Below the pieces are notes generated by a model. The model saw only the letters and a program-made list of their open reading frames with translations, ran no database searches and was not told the origin of the DNA. A DNA stretch of 64,000 nt from Pseudomonadota bacterium (GTDB taxonomy: Bacteria; Pseudomonadota; Gammaproteobacteria; Pseudomonadales; Moraxellaceae): assembly GCA_023393635.1 (NCBI GenBank), contig JAEWKT010000052.1, forward strand, positions 13,573-77,572, given 5' to 3'. Of the stretch, positions 1-12,459 are shown piece after piece. The translations under genes and the position numbers were made by a program. Positions within the stretch are counted from its first letter, which is position 1. Each line of letters begins with the position of its first letter.

Positions 1-14
1 GACTCCTAAAATTA

Positions 15-42
15 AATTAGTTATGTTATAACATAACTAATT
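15..42. promoter_or_regulatory. Putative Zur operator (perfect 28-bp palindrome)
   Basis: AATTAGTTATGTTATAACATAACTAATT is its own reverse complement and contains two overlapping GTTAT-N3-ATAAC boxes, the Zur-type core. It lies 19 bp upstream of a type B L36 gene, a classic Zur target. Confidence 0.75.
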
Positions 43-61
43 CATTAAACGAGAGTGCATT

Positions 62-187
62 ATGCAGGTTTTATCATCTTTAAAAAGTGCCAAAAAACGC
101 CATGCCGATTGTCAGGTGGTGCGCCGTCGAGGCAAGCTTTATGTAATTTGTAAAAGCAATCCGCGCTTTAAGGCACGCCAAGGCTAG
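62..187 (+). CDS. ykgO: 50S ribosomal protein L36, type B (Zn-independent paralogue, YkgO/RpmJ2)
   Basis: Below the ORF-track cutoff; translated by hand as [41 protein letters not shown] (41 aa). GAGAG RBS upstream. Lacks the full CxxC...C...H Zn ribbon. Confidence 0.95.
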   Translation: MQVLSSLKSAKKRHADCQVVRRRGKLYVICKSNPRFKARQG

Positions 188-228
188 AATGAAAAGAAGC
201 AGGCTAAAGTGTAGGGCTTAGCTCGGCT

Positions 229-1449
229 TTAGCTGCTGTAGCTGGCCTTAGCAGCAGGTTTTTCCAGTGCCATTGAAACCATTAAAATGAGCAAACCACC
301 AATACTTAAGCCAACACCTACCCAGATGGGTGCAATCCAGCCATAACCCGCACTAATCACTAGGCCACCCAGCCATGCACCCTGAGCATTGGCAATATTG
401 AATGCCGAATGATTTAAGGAAGCCGCCAGCGTTTGTGCTTCACCAGCCACGTCCATTAATCGGGTTTGCAGCACTGGGCCTAATGCCATCCCCGTAGCAC
501 CCATCATCCATAATGCCAATACGGCACTATATATGTTTTGCATCATAAATGGAGCAATGGTAAACGCAGCAATCATGGCAAAAATAATGGTATATAGGGC
601 TTTTTTCATGCCACGATCTGCTAGCCAGCCCCCAATCAAACCACCAGTCACCATCCCACCACCCCAGATTGCCAAAGCAACTGGAACATAATGAATGCTG
701 AGCTGGGTATAGTGAGTCAGCAACGGCGATACAAAGGTATAAACTGAAAACATGCCACCAAAGCCAATCGCTGCAATGCCTAGCGTTAACCACATTTGAC
801 TGTTTTTAAGACCTGTCAGCTCGGTTTTTATGCTGGCATTGGCAGAAATAGCTATTTTGGGTAAAACCAGCCAGATTGCTATCATGGTCATTAGGCCAAT
901 GCCAGCAGCAAAGGCAAAACCACTGCGCCAGCCCAGATGCTGCCCAAGCCAGGTAGCAAACGGTACGCCAATGACAGTAGCAACGGTTAAACCCAGCATC
1001 ACGCGTGCCACCGCCTGAGCCCGTTTGGCAGGGCCAGCAAGTGTTGCTGCTACCAGTGCGGCCACGCCAAAATAAGCTCCATGGGGCAAACCAGCGATAA
1101 AGCGTGACAGCATTAAGCTATGAAAATCAGGTGCAAAAGCTGTGGCTGCATTGCCAAGCGTAAAAAAGAACATTAAAGCCAGCAATAAACCCTTACGGGG
1201 TACTTTGGCAAACAAAATAGCAATAATAGGCGCACCAACCACAACACCCAGCGCATAAGCACTGATGATATGTCCAGCAGCGGGTACACTGACCCCGACA
1301 CCGTATGCTATTTCCTGAATCAGCCCCATCGCCACAAATTCAGTGGTGCCAATCCCAAAGCCACCCAGTGCCAACGCCACAATAATCCACAACAGCCGTT
1401 CAGATGCGGCATTGGCAACAGGCGTAGTAGGTACTTTTAAACTTGACAT
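229..1449 (-). CDS. MFS transporter (AraJ/DHA1-like)
   Basis: About 12 hydrophobic segments; motifs GFGIGTTEF, RFIAGLPHGAYFG and GVPFATWLGQHLGWR. ATG at 1449 preferred over TTG at 1470. Confidence 0.9.
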   Translation of the reverse strand: MSSLKVPTTPVANAASERLLWIIVALALGGFGIGTTEFVAMGLIQEIAYGVGVSVPAAGHIISAYALGVVVGAPIIAILFAKVPRKGLLLALMFFFTLGNAATAFAPDFHSLMLSRFIAGLPHGAYFGVAALVAATLAGPAKRAQAVARVMLGLTVATVIGVPFATWLGQHLGWRSGFAFAAGIGLMTMIAIWLVLPKIAISANASIKTELTGLKNSQMWLTLGIAAIGFGGMFSVYTFVSPLLTHYTQLSIHYVPVALAIWGGGMVTGGLIGGWLADRGMKKALYTIIFAMIAAFTIAPFMMQNIYSAVLALWMMGATGMALGPVLQTRLMDVAGEAQTLAASLNHSAFNIANAQGAWLGGLVISAGYGWIAPIWVGVGLSIGGLLILMVSMALEKPAAKASYSS

Positions 1450-1778
1450 ATTTTTTAGGGCAGGCTTCAACGATTGATAAGTGGGGCATTATAAAGTTAT
1501 TGCTTGCTAAAAATATGTATTTTTAAATTTTTCTAAAGATTACAAATGAACCCTCGGCTCTTTTGTTATGGATCAGCTCATGGCAGCGTTACATAACTCA
1601 ACGTTTCCACTAATTTTATAATAGTGTCTACAAAATATTTGGCGTTATGATGCAAACGCACAAAGCCGCCCTCATTTTAAAAGCCAGTTTTAGCTCCTAT
1701 CTTTTAAATAAGACCTCAAGTTTTGTGCAAACTCCACCATGTGCTTTTCTTTTTTATCTGTTTTACGAGTTTGTCCTG

Positions 1779-3752
1779 ATGACGCGGCTTTTATCGTTGT
1801 GCTTTTTATTTTTTTTGTCCCTGAGCAGCACGGTGTTTGCACAACCCCGCAATATCCCCCCTGAACTGATCGTTCTTGGCTATCATGAAATTACTGATGC
1901 GAACCAAGCATTAATTGACCAATACGCCATTACACCGCAATTGTTTGAACAACATATCCAATGGCTTAACAGTCACGGGTTTCATTTTGTCAGTATGGAT
2001 GATGTGGTGGCTGCCAATGCAGGTCAAAAAGCATTGCCTGCCAACGCGGTGTTGTTGAGTGTAGACGATGGCTATGCCTCGTTTTATAAAAACGCCTATC
2101 CTATTATTCAAAAATATAACATCCCTACCGTATTGGCCGTGGTAGGTAGCTGGCTAGAACCTGAGTATAATGCGCCAGTTAATTTTGGTGAAAAAACCAT
2201 CGCACGTGATCAATTGCTGAGTTGGGATCAATTAAAAGAAATGAGCGACAATGGTTTGGTTGAAATAGCCAGCCATACTTATAATCTGCACACAGGAGTT
2301 TTGGCTAATCCACAGGGCAATATGCAGCCTGCATTAACCGCACGTTTATATGATGCAGCCACTAACCGCTATGAATCAGATAATCACTATAGTGCGCGGC
2401 TGTACCAAGACTTTAAAGCCAATAATGATTTATTTATTCGACATGGCTTAACCAGACCACGCATTATGGTGTGGCCTTACGGTCGCTATAACACTAAAGC
2501 GCAAGAGATCGCCAAACAACTGGGCATGCCGATTAGTTTTACCTTAGACGATGGCACTAACTTAGCGACCACACCCTTATCGGCACTTCGCCGTATATTG
2601 GTGGAACGACATATGTCACCTAGCGAATTGGAGCAAGAAATCTATATACGGCAACGGCAGCTCAACGACAACAACCGTGCGCAAAAAATTATGCATGTTG
2701 ATCTGGATTATATTTATGACCCTAACCCCGAGCAGCAAGAGCGTAATTTAAGCCAGCTATTGGATCGTATTGTGGCCATGCAAGTGAATACAGTGTATTT
2801 GCAGGCATTTTCTGACCCAGATGGCAATGGTTCAGCCAATATGGTGTATTTTCCAAATAGACATTTGCCCATGCGTGCTGATTTGTTTAATCGGGTGGCA
2901 TGGCAAATTAATACCCGCACGCAAGTCAACCGTATTTATGCCTGGATGCCCTTGCTGGCGTGGGAATTACCAGACACTGATCCAGCAGCGCAGGATATTG
3001 TGATCACTGCACCGCATGAAAACAACTCAGGCTCTCCTATGGGATATCATCGGCTATCGCCATTTTCTGCGTTGGCACGGCAAACCATTCACGACATTTT
3101 TCAGGATTTGGCCAAAACTGTACCCTTTCAAGGCATTTTATTTCATGACGACATGACCTTGTCAGATTATGAAGATGCCAGTCCCGCCGCCAAGGCACAA
3201 TATGCGGCATGGGGTTTACCCACCGACCTAAGCATTATTCGTCAGGATGATGCTTTATTGCAAAAATGGACGGCTCTAAAGACCCAAACATTAGATGAAT
3301 TTGCCTTAGCAGTTGCAGCAGAGGTGCGTAAACAACAGCCAGGCTTGCTCACAGCACGCAACCTGTATGCACAAGTTGCCTTACAAGCCTATGCTGAAAA
3401 CTGGTATGCGCAATCCCTGGAGGACTCATTACGGCAGTATGATTTTACTGCCATTATGGCCATGCCATATATGGAGCAAGCCAAAGATCCTGAGCAGTTT
3501 TATACCGATCTTGTTACACGGGTAAAACGCTACCCCAATGGACTCAAAAAGACCGTGTTTGAATTGCAAGCCAAAGACTGGCGCACTGCCCAGCCCATTG
3601 CCTCAGAAGAACTTGCCGATACCATTATCAAGCTATACATGCGTGGTGTGCGGCATGTGGCCTACTATCCCGATGACGCACCAGCCAATCACCCCAATGC
3701 GGCGCTGTTACGGCGTGTGTTTGACAGTAAATCCAGTGAAGCTATCCCTTAA
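1779..3752 (+). CDS. pgaB: PNAG N-deacetylase/glycoside hydrolase PgaB
   Basis: CE4 motifs (YH, VDDGY, SHTYNLH, WPYG) plus GH153 domain (HVDLDYIYDP, FPNRHLPMRADLFNRVAWQ). Start placed at ATG 1779, which gives a signal peptide; the ORF is open from 1647. Confidence 0.95.
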   Translation: MTRLLSLCFLFFLSLSSTVFAQPRNIPPELIVLGYHEITDANQALIDQYAITPQLFEQHIQWLNSHGFHFVSMDDVVAANAGQKALPANAVLLSVDDGYASFYKNAYPIIQKYNIPTVLAVVGSWLEPEYNAPVNFGEKTIARDQLLSWDQLKEMSDNGLVEIASHTYNLHTGVLANPQGNMQPALTARLYDAATNRYESDNHYSARLYQDFKANNDLFIRHGLTRPRIMVWPYGRYNTKAQEIAKQLGMPISFTLDDGTNLATTPLSALRRILVERHMSPSELEQEIYIRQRQLNDNNRAQKIMHVDLDYIYDPNPEQQERNLSQLLDRIVAMQVNTVYLQAFSDPDGNGSANMVYFPNRHLPMRADLFNRVAWQINTRTQVNRIYAWMPLLAWELPDTDPAAQDIVITAPHENNSGSPMGYHRLSPFSALARQTIHDIFQDLAKTVPFQGILFHDDMTLSDYEDASPAAKAQYAAWGLPTDLSIIRQDDALLQKWTALKTQTLDEFALAVAAEVRKQQPGLLTARNLYAQVALQAYAENWYAQSLEDSLRQYDFTAIMAMPYMEQAKDPEQFYTDLVTRVKRYPNGLKKTVFELQAKDWRTAQPIASEELADTIIKLYMRGVRHVAYYPDDAPANHPNAALLRRVFDSKSSEAIP

Positions 3753-3802
3753 ACTACATGCTTTTAATTGCATGCTTTCAGTGGCTCGCAATTTTAAGTG
3801 AG

Positions 3803-4303
3803 TCACTTGATGGCTTTGGTGTCTGAGCTGATATGCACAATTTTTCCCTGACTGTCATAGTGAAATATACTGTTTTGCGCCGCTTTTGCCTGCTGTACCT
3901 GCTCGGGCTCAATCTCATAAAAACGCGCAATCTCACAGGGTTTCACATCAGGTACGTGGTTTCTGCGTTCATTGTGATAAAAACGCAAAATATTATACGA
4001 CGCCCAGCCTAATAGCATTAGTCCCATCATCATCACCACTGCAATCATGACGGTTATGCTTTGCGTAAATCCATGCTGGTAATCATGCACAATATAATGA
4101 TCAAAACGGTGCCAGCCAAACCACCATGCCAATAGGCTTAAGAGGGGCACAAATAAATAGGCCCATAGGCTTAGGCCAGCCATAGCAATCATGCCAAAAA
4201 CACCGCGCTGCGACCAATGCTGTAAATCAGGTTGGTCAATAAAAGCAGGCACTATTACTTCTTCAGCAGGATAATTTTTATCTAAACAGGTTTTAATAGG
4301 CAT
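3803..4303 (-). CDS. pgaD: PNAG biosynthesis protein PgaD
   Basis: Small protein with two hydrophobic segments and WASYNILRF...ERR motif, directly downstream of pgaC. Confidence 0.88.
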   Translation of the reverse strand: MPIKTCLDKNYPAEEVIVPAFIDQPDLQHWSQRGVFGMIAMAGLSLWAYLFVPLLSLLAWWFGWHRFDHYIVHDYQHGFTQSITVMIAVVMMMGLMLLGWASYNILRFYHNERRNHVPDVKPCEIARFYEIEPEQVQQAKAAQNSIFHYDSQGKIVHISSDTKAIK

Positions 4304-4317
4304 AAGGTTCTCACGGA

Positions 4318-5598
4318 TCAGTTTGGGCTCAAGCCACGGTCTGGACTTTCCCAGCGTGCCCTTTTTTTGGAACCTTTAAAGACAGTTTTGATGACAGCAA
4401 CTACTGTCGTTAACATGGATAATATCCAGTACAATAAGGGATACCAGATCACCCAGATATAATTACGAAGCAAGCGTCCCTGATCATAACGACGATCCAT
4501 CCATAGGCTTATTAAAAACTGCACCAGACAAGTCACGCCTAAAAGCAGCCCATACACCTGGGGTAAAACACTGGTTACCTGCCATTGTTCGGGCAAAGGT
4601 GCCATCAAGCCAACAAAATACAAAACAAAGATAATCAGCATGGCATAAGACCAGCCCACGCTAAGCAGGTATTCAAATGCTACGCCCCAAAAACGTCTTG
4701 CCTTCCACTGAAGCAATGCTTTACTGTATTTAATCAGGACTTCTACGCCACCTTGTGCCCAGCGTAGTCGTTGACTCCATAAGCCTTGAAGCGTTTCGGG
4801 CATGTATAAATAACAAAGGGCTTGTGCTTCATAGCGGATATCCCAATGGTCAAGCTGCAAACGCCAGGAGATATCAATGTCTTCGGTGACAATATTTTCA
4901 CTCCAGTAGCCCACGCGGTGCAAAGCACTTTTTCTAAAGCCTGCAATGGCTCCTGATACAGTAAAAATTCGGCCATAGGTTCTTTGCGCACGCTTGATGA
5001 GCCCAATAATAGAGGAGAACTCACCGACCTGAATCTTGCCCAGTAAACTGGAGCGATTGATAATGCGTGGATTACCTGTGACCGCGCCAACACGTGGCCC
5101 ACTGAGCAAATGATCCATCATCCAGTGCACGGTATAAGGATGCAATAATACATCGCCATCAATGCAGACCAAATACTCATGCTGGCTGACCAGTGTGCCT
5201 GCTCGTAATGCAAATGCCTTGCCCTGGTTGGAGGCCAAATGCACAATTCTGATACGCGTATCATCCAGGGCAAGTTTTTCTATTATCTGCTGGGTTTGAT
5301 CGCTGCTACCATCATTAATCACAATCACTTCAATGTTGGGGTAACGGGTGGCCAGCGCAAAACGAATGGTTTCGCTGACATGCTCTTCTTCGTTATAACA
5401 GGGAATAATAATGCTACAACCAGGCGCAGTGACATCAAAACTGGGTAACGCAGGTCTAGGCACCTCGCGGCGTAAATAAAACCATATCCCGCCAATCATC
5501 CACAACCACGCCATCATTAAAGGATAATAAAAGGCAAAGGCAAATAATGCATCGCGTATCGATAAACGCTGTAGCCATTCAAGGGTACTCATTAGCAT
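4318..5598 (-). CDS. pgaC: PNAG synthase PgaC (GT2)
   Basis: IPCYNEE, DGSSD, DGD, TEDID and QRLRW processive GT2 motifs; C-terminal ARWESPDRG. Confidence 0.96.
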   Translation of the reverse strand: MLMSTLEWLQRLSIRDALFAFAFYYPLMMAWLWMIGGIWFYLRREVPRPALPSFDVTAPGCSIIIPCYNEEEHVSETIRFALATRYPNIEVIVINDGSSDQTQQIIEKLALDDTRIRIVHLASNQGKAFALRAGTLVSQHEYLVCIDGDVLLHPYTVHWMMDHLLSGPRVGAVTGNPRIINRSSLLGKIQVGEFSSIIGLIKRAQRTYGRIFTVSGAIAGFRKSALHRVGYWSENIVTEDIDISWRLQLDHWDIRYEAQALCYLYMPETLQGLWSQRLRWAQGGVEVLIKYSKALLQWKARRFWGVAFEYLLSVGWSYAMLIIFVLYFVGLMAPLPEQWQVTSVLPQVYGLLLGVTCLVQFLISLWMDRRYDQGRLLRNYIWVIWYPLLYWILSMLTTVVAVIKTVFKGSKKRARWESPDRGLSPN

Positions 5599-5686
5599 GT
5601 TATTTGCCCTTTAATTATATTAGCTAACTGTCTATTTTTTAATAACAAAAATATAGAAAGCATGATGTTTTTCTTATTTGTATTCA

Positions 5687-8242
5687 TCAAAATGCTCCTG
5701 TGATCCCCAGCTTGGCAAACGTGCGTTGCTCACGATTCGCATCGTAAGTTTGGCTGCCCCATCCAATCCCATAATGGAGTTGCCATGTTCGGCTTAGCCC
5801 CCACTCATGTTGATATAAAGCACTGGTATAACTTTTTGCACCAAATCCAGCTTGCTGGCTAATACCCGTGGCCAGCTCAAAATGCTGGGTAAATGACTGC
5901 TGATCTTTACGCCAACTGGTCCAGTCGTGTTCCAGATTCACTCCGTAACTTGCGCTGTGATCAGGATTAAAATAATTACCACCCGACTGAGCGTTTTTAT
6001 CATAGTAAGCTTCAGCACCTGCATGAGTGATATGCTGCGCATTGGCAAATACTCGTTGGTTATAACGTGCAGAAACCGACTGCCGCATATTGCCATCGCT
6101 AATATCAAGTACCTGATAAGCAAAGGAAGCCGCTTTGGATTCATTTTGACTCCAATTCAGCCCTGCCTGATAGCTATTGGCCTCCAGCCCTGCCTCCAAG
6201 GCACGTAGCGGGATTTGACTAGAATTTTGCTGGTAACCCAAGCGATAAGCCCAGTTGTCGTTTAACCAATGCGACCAGCCCAATTCAAAGCCCATTTGAT
6301 GGGTATCGCGCTGCTGATCTAGCATTAGCCATGCATTTTTTCGGTTTTCTTGCCATTCTGCCCCCACGCCAATACGCTGATCACGCTGCTGGGTCGGTTC
6401 AAAATCGGCACTACGGTCTAGATGGCTTGCAAAAATACGCCATTTATTGTCAATCCATGGACTATTGACACGTGTCTGCCATTCTCGCTCACGGTTGCCA
6501 TTTACTTCGCTTATTGCCTGGTGATTTAACCCATTAACTGCGCGACTTCGGCCAATCAATAAATCACTTTGCAGTGTGATTCGCTCACGATCCTGCCATT
6601 CTTGTTGTGCTTTCATCACGCTACTATTGGTAGGTGCTTTTACTGCTGCTGTCGCTAAGGCAGCTTGCCAGCGTGGATAATCCTGTAAATCACGTGCATT
6701 GGCTACGGTGGTTAAATCCAGGCCAAGATGGTGCGGTGCATTGATGTAAGCTTGCTGCACCACTTGATTAGATGCGCCAGGCAAGCCACGCCAATTTAAA
6801 ATCGTGGCGTAGTCATTGGCCAGGTTAGTATTGTTAGGATTTTGCTGGACTAATTGCTGCAACTGCCTGGCAGCGATATCAAGATGATTACGATACGCTG
6901 CATCCAGTGCAATGATTTGATCGACGCGAGTCCGATTTTGTTTTTCTGTTGGCGTGCTCGTAGGCTCAACCACGGCAATAAGTTGATCCAGTTGATTAAG
7001 CAGTTGAGCGGCTTGCTTATAATTGTCCTGTTCAATTAAAGCGTAGTAATCGGCGATATATAGCTCAACATTAGGCTGCGTTGCATTGTTAATCAAATAG
7101 TCATACAGCACATGCGCTTGCTGTGGTTTTTTTAAGGCCAAATAGGCATCAGCTACTGCATTTTTGGCATAAGGTTGTAGTTCAAACTGTTCAGTTAAAG
7201 AAAGCTGTTCATACTCAGCCACCAGCACTGCCATATATTCCTGCACACGCAAGGCATATAAATAATCATTAAAAATGGCTGCATATTCTGGCAAATTTTT
7301 ATTTTGTGGCGTGCTCTTAAACTGTGTCACACTTTGTTTTAACGCCAATAAATTGTCTTCAACCAATGCATGCGCCTGCTGATAATGACCTTGTGCCTCA
7401 AGTAAGTCCTTTTGTTTGAGCGCAGATTGTAAATTGCTACTCAATACTTCGGCCTGAATGGGATAAATTGTATCGGCCGAAAAAATATCTGGATGCTGGC
7501 TTGCCAACTGATACGCAGCATGAGGTTGATTTAAACTGCGAAGTGCCGCAAATTGCTGCTCTAACGCAAGGCGATGATTAGGTTGCAGAGCCAATGCCTG
7601 CTTACTCTCATCAAAGGCTTGCTGCCAGTTGCCAGATAACCGTTGAGCATAAGCCAGTTGTGCATGTTGCGCTGCTGTTAAGCCACCCAGCTGTTTTAGC
7701 TCATTTACTAATTGTTGCGCCACATCAGTACGGCCTGCTTCGGCTGCCAACGTCAAGTAGTACCATTGGTCAAAAGGTGGTTGAGCTTCCTTATTATCTG
7801 AGTCATTCAACTTATAAATTTGCTGGGCAATATTAAATGCTTGCTCGGCCCGCTTCTGGTCACGCAATGCCCCAAGCCATGCGGTATAGGCATAAGCAGC
7901 CACTAATTGAGGGTTTAAATTTTCATTGCTGGTTAAGCGTGCAATAGCTGCGTTATCACCTGCCAGTCTTAATAAAATAATCAGGTCAGCGGTTACTTTG
8001 GCATCTTGCGGATACTGTTTATGTAATTGCTTTAAGGTACTTGTACCGACTTGCACCTGACCTTGCTTGGCCAGTTGTACGGCTTGCTCACGTTGCTGAC
8101 TAACCGTTAATTCACTGGCCAACGGACTAGCATATAAAGGGAGTGATATCCCACAACAGGCGATTTCCAACCCAACCAAGCAACTTAAATAAATTTTATT
8201 TTTAACCAAATCAGGGTAAATTGACCCCATAACTGCTTCCAA
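5687..8242 (-). CDS. pgaA: PNAG export porin PgaA
   Basis: TPR-like helical N-region, WRGLP motif, C-terminal beta-barrel (YFNP, YD...E, terminal F); upstream of pgaC. Start uncertain (TTG 8242 or ATG 8230). Confidence 0.9.
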   Translation of the reverse strand: MEAVMGSIYPDLVKNKIYLSCLVGLEIACCGISLPLYASPLASELTVSQQREQAVQLAKQGQVQVGTSTLKQLHKQYPQDAKVTADLIILLRLAGDNAAIARLTSNENLNPQLVAAYAYTAWLGALRDQKRAEQAFNIAQQIYKLNDSDNKEAQPPFDQWYYLTLAAEAGRTDVAQQLVNELKQLGGLTAAQHAQLAYAQRLSGNWQQAFDESKQALALQPNHRLALEQQFAALRSLNQPHAAYQLASQHPDIFSADTIYPIQAEVLSSNLQSALKQKDLLEAQGHYQQAHALVEDNLLALKQSVTQFKSTPQNKNLPEYAAIFNDYLYALRVQEYMAVLVAEYEQLSLTEQFELQPYAKNAVADAYLALKKPQQAHVLYDYLINNATQPNVELYIADYYALIEQDNYKQAAQLLNQLDQLIAVVEPTSTPTEKQNRTRVDQIIALDAAYRNHLDIAARQLQQLVQQNPNNTNLANDYATILNWRGLPGASNQVVQQAYINAPHHLGLDLTTVANARDLQDYPRWQAALATAAVKAPTNSSVMKAQQEWQDRERITLQSDLLIGRSRAVNGLNHQAISEVNGNREREWQTRVNSPWIDNKWRIFASHLDRSADFEPTQQRDQRIGVGAEWQENRKNAWLMLDQQRDTHQMGFELGWSHWLNDNWAYRLGYQQNSSQIPLRALEAGLEANSYQAGLNWSQNESKAASFAYQVLDISDGNMRQSVSARYNQRVFANAQHITHAGAEAYYDKNAQSGGNYFNPDHSASYGVNLEHDWTSWRKDQQSFTQHFELATGISQQAGFGAKSYTSALYQHEWGLSRTWQLHYGIGWGSQTYDANREQRTFAKLGITGAF

Positions 8243-8522
8243 AATTAAATGTAATAAGTCTAAGAAAAGCTTTTATATGCCCTCTTATCTAAGCGCTGAT
8301 CATTGTCTAGTTTTATTATTTGGGCGCAGTGGTAATATCAGCAGAAATTGGCGTATTCACGTAAACAATATATAAAGAACGTAACCTAGAGGATAATTTA
8401 GTGGTGGTTAGCATTATTTATTAATTGTTATGTAATGACCAATTTGGCTAAAAATTTATGTAATCGTTCAGATTGTTTATTAAAACATCAGTCATGTTTA
8501 TTAAGCCAGCAACAGATAAAGT

Positions 8523-8550
8523 AAAAAAAGGACGCCTAAGCGCCCTCTTT
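8523..8550 (-). terminator. Rho-independent terminator after sucD
   Basis: Minus strand reads GAGGGCGC-TTAG-GCGTCC followed by T7. Confidence 0.8.
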
Positions 8551-8574
8551 CCATTCACTTAAAATCAGATGAAA

Positions 8575-9465
8575 TTAAGCCATACCTTTGTCTTTTAGCA
8601 CTTGCAGCATGGTAGAACCAAGCTCGGCAGGGCTTCTTGTATAGGCCATGCCTGCTTTTTCAAAGGCAGCAAATTTTTCTTCAGCAGTACCTTTACCACC
8701 AGAAATAATTGCACCCGCATGACCCATGCGCTTGCCCTTAGGTGCGGTCACACCAGCAATATAACCTACGACTGGTTTGGTTACATTTGATTGAATATAT
8801 TCAGCTGCTTCTTCTTCAGCAGAACCACCAATCTCACCAATCATAATAATGGCGTCAGTTTGGGGATCTTCCTGAAACAGTTTTAGGGCATCAATCTGAT
8901 TCATACCAGGAATGGGGTCACCACCAATCCCAATACAAGTAGACTGACCCAAACCAAGCTTGGTGGTTTGCGCCACAGCTTCGTAGGTTAATGTACCAGA
9001 ACGGGAAATAATACCAATACGACCTGGCAGATGAATATGACCTGGCATAATGCCAATTTTACATTCGCCTGGAGTAATCACGCCTGGGCAGTTAGGGCCA
9101 ACCAGACGTGTGCCATTGCCATTGGTCTCTAAATAGCGTTTGGCTTTTAGCATATCAATGGTTGGTACACCTTCAGTAATGACAACAATTAAGGCCACAC
9201 CAGAATCAACCGCTTCAATAATTGAATCCAGTACAAATGGTGCTGGTACATAAATCACTGTTGCATCGGCCTGGGTTTGATCCACTGCTTCACGCATGGT
9301 GTTAAATACGGGCAAATCCAGATGGGTAGAACCACCTTTGCCTGGAGTTACACCGCCAACCACCTTGGTGCCATAGGCAATGGCTTGTTCAGAGTGAAAC
9401 GTGCCGTTTTTACCTGTAAAGCCCTGAACCAGCACTTTGGTGTCTTTATTAATTAATACGCTCAT
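8575..9465 (-). CDS. sucD: Succinyl-CoA synthetase alpha subunit
   Basis: [23 protein letters not shown] phospho-His motif. Confidence 0.98.
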   Translation of the reverse strand: MSVLINKDTKVLVQGFTGKNGTFHSEQAIAYGTKVVGGVTPGKGGSTHLDLPVFNTMREAVDQTQADATVIYVPAPFVLDSIIEAVDSGVALIVVITEGVPTIDMLKAKRYLETNGNGTRLVGPNCPGVITPGECKIGIMPGHIHLPGRIGIISRSGTLTYEAVAQTTKLGLGQSTCIGIGGDPIPGMNQIDALKLFQEDPQTDAIIMIGEIGGSAEEEAAEYIQSNVTKPVVGYIAGVTAPKGKRMGHAGAIISGGKGTAEEKFAAFEKAGMAYTRSPAELGSTMLQVLKDKGMA

Positions 9466-9476
9466 GCTAATGCTCC

Positions 9477-10640
9477 TTAGGCTTTCACTGCTGCAACAAT
9501 TTTTTCCGCTGCATCGGCAAGGCCTTGCGCTGGAATAAGTTTAAGACCTGATTGCTCTAAAATCTGAGTACCAAGCTCGGCATTGTTACCTTCCAGTCGT
9601 ACCACCACAGGAACAGTCACATTTACTTCTTTTACTGCGGCCACAATGGCTTCAGCAATCATGTCACAGCGTACGATACCACCAAAAATATTGATCAATA
9701 CGCCTTGCACCGAGCTATCCGCCAAAATCAGTTTAAAGGCTTCAATCACGCGCTCTTTGGTTGCACCACCACCAACGTCGAGGAAGTTAGCAGGCTGGCC
9801 ACCGTACAGCTTGATAATGTCCATGGTGGCCATGGCAAGACCCGCACCATTCACCATACAGCCAATATTACCTTCCAGCGCCACATAGTTCAGTTCAAAC
9901 TCGGATGCTTTTAGCTCACGCTCGTTTTCCTGTGATTTGTCACGTGCAGCAGCCAGCTCAGGCAAGCGATACAGAGCATTGGAGTCAATACCTACTTTGG
10001 CATCAACACACAAAATTTCGCCATTTTCACGCACCGACAGCGGGTTAATTTCAAACAAGGCAAAGTCATTGTCAATGAAGGCCTGATAAGCACCAACCAT
10101 CAGCTTAACAAACTGGTTAATTTGTTTATCTTTTAAGCCGAGTTGAAACGCCACATCACGGGCCTGAAATGGTTGTAAGCCTACTAATGGATCAACCGTA
10201 ACTTTGAGAATTTTTTCAGGGGTTTCAGCCGCAACGTGTTCAATATCAACACCGCCTTCAGTCGATGCCATAAAGGTCACACGGCGGGTTGAACGGTCAA
10301 CTACTGCGCCCAGGTACAACTCACGCTCTACAGGATAAACGTCCTGACATACCAGCACGCTATTGACGGGTTGGCCATCAGCGTCAGTTTGGTAGGTCAC
10401 CAGGCGCGTACCAATCAGCTCACGCGCAATTTGTGCGGCTTCTTCGGCACTTTTGGCAATTCTTACACCACCTGCTTTACCACGACCACCAGCATGAACC
10501 TGTGCTTTGATAACCGCAAAGTTACCAATTTTTTCAAATGCTGCAGCGGCTTCTTCAGGCGTTGTGGCCAGAATGCCTTCTTGTACAGGCATGCCGTATT
10601 GCTTAAGCAGCGCTTTTGCTTGATATTCATGTAAATTCAT
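9477..10640 (-). CDS. sucC: Succinyl-CoA synthetase beta subunit
   Basis: [42 protein letters not shown]. Confidence 0.98.
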   Translation of the reverse strand: MNLHEYQAKALLKQYGMPVQEGILATTPEEAAAAFEKIGNFAVIKAQVHAGGRGKAGGVRIAKSAEEAAQIARELIGTRLVTYQTDADGQPVNSVLVCQDVYPVERELYLGAVVDRSTRRVTFMASTEGGVDIEHVAAETPEKILKVTVDPLVGLQPFQARDVAFQLGLKDKQINQFVKLMVGAYQAFIDNDFALFEINPLSVRENGEILCVDAKVGIDSNALYRLPELAAARDKSQENERELKASEFELNYVALEGNIGCMVNGAGLAMATMDIIKLYGGQPANFLDVGGGATKERVIEAFKLILADSSVQGVLINIFGGIVRCDMIAEAIVAAVKEVNVTVPVVVRLEGNNAELGTQILEQSGLKLIPAQGLADAAEKIVAAVKA

Positions 10641-10853
10641 TGTTAGACCTAACCGAATTGTCGTTGGTTAATTTAAATACGGCAGTGGCATTTTTGCGAT
10701 AAAACTGCAAATAGGCAGCACTGGTATTCCACAGACAAAGCAGCTTTTAACACGTTATGGCACCAGTAAACTGATTAAAACCAAACCTTAAAAACCACTT
10801 TGCTTATTACATCTCAAATACGTTTGGCTCAGCCATAAGTGGCCAAGGCTCAT

Positions 10854-12350
<1,497 letters not shown>

Positions 12351-12459
12351 TTAAATTTTAAAAATGGGCAAATAACTTCATATTTAATTGCTGCCCAACT
12401 CAAGTTTGAGCAGCAGGTGCTGCTATTGCATCAATCCAATATCTTTAAACATTGAAGAA

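Noticed and set aside
15..42. Palindrome as a Xer recombination site or terminator
   Set aside because: No spacer or loop and no U-tract. Its position before a type B L36 gene fits a Zur operator better.
1647..1778. 44-aa N-terminal extension of PgaB
   Set aside because: ATG 1779 gives a normal signal peptide; the extension would bury it.
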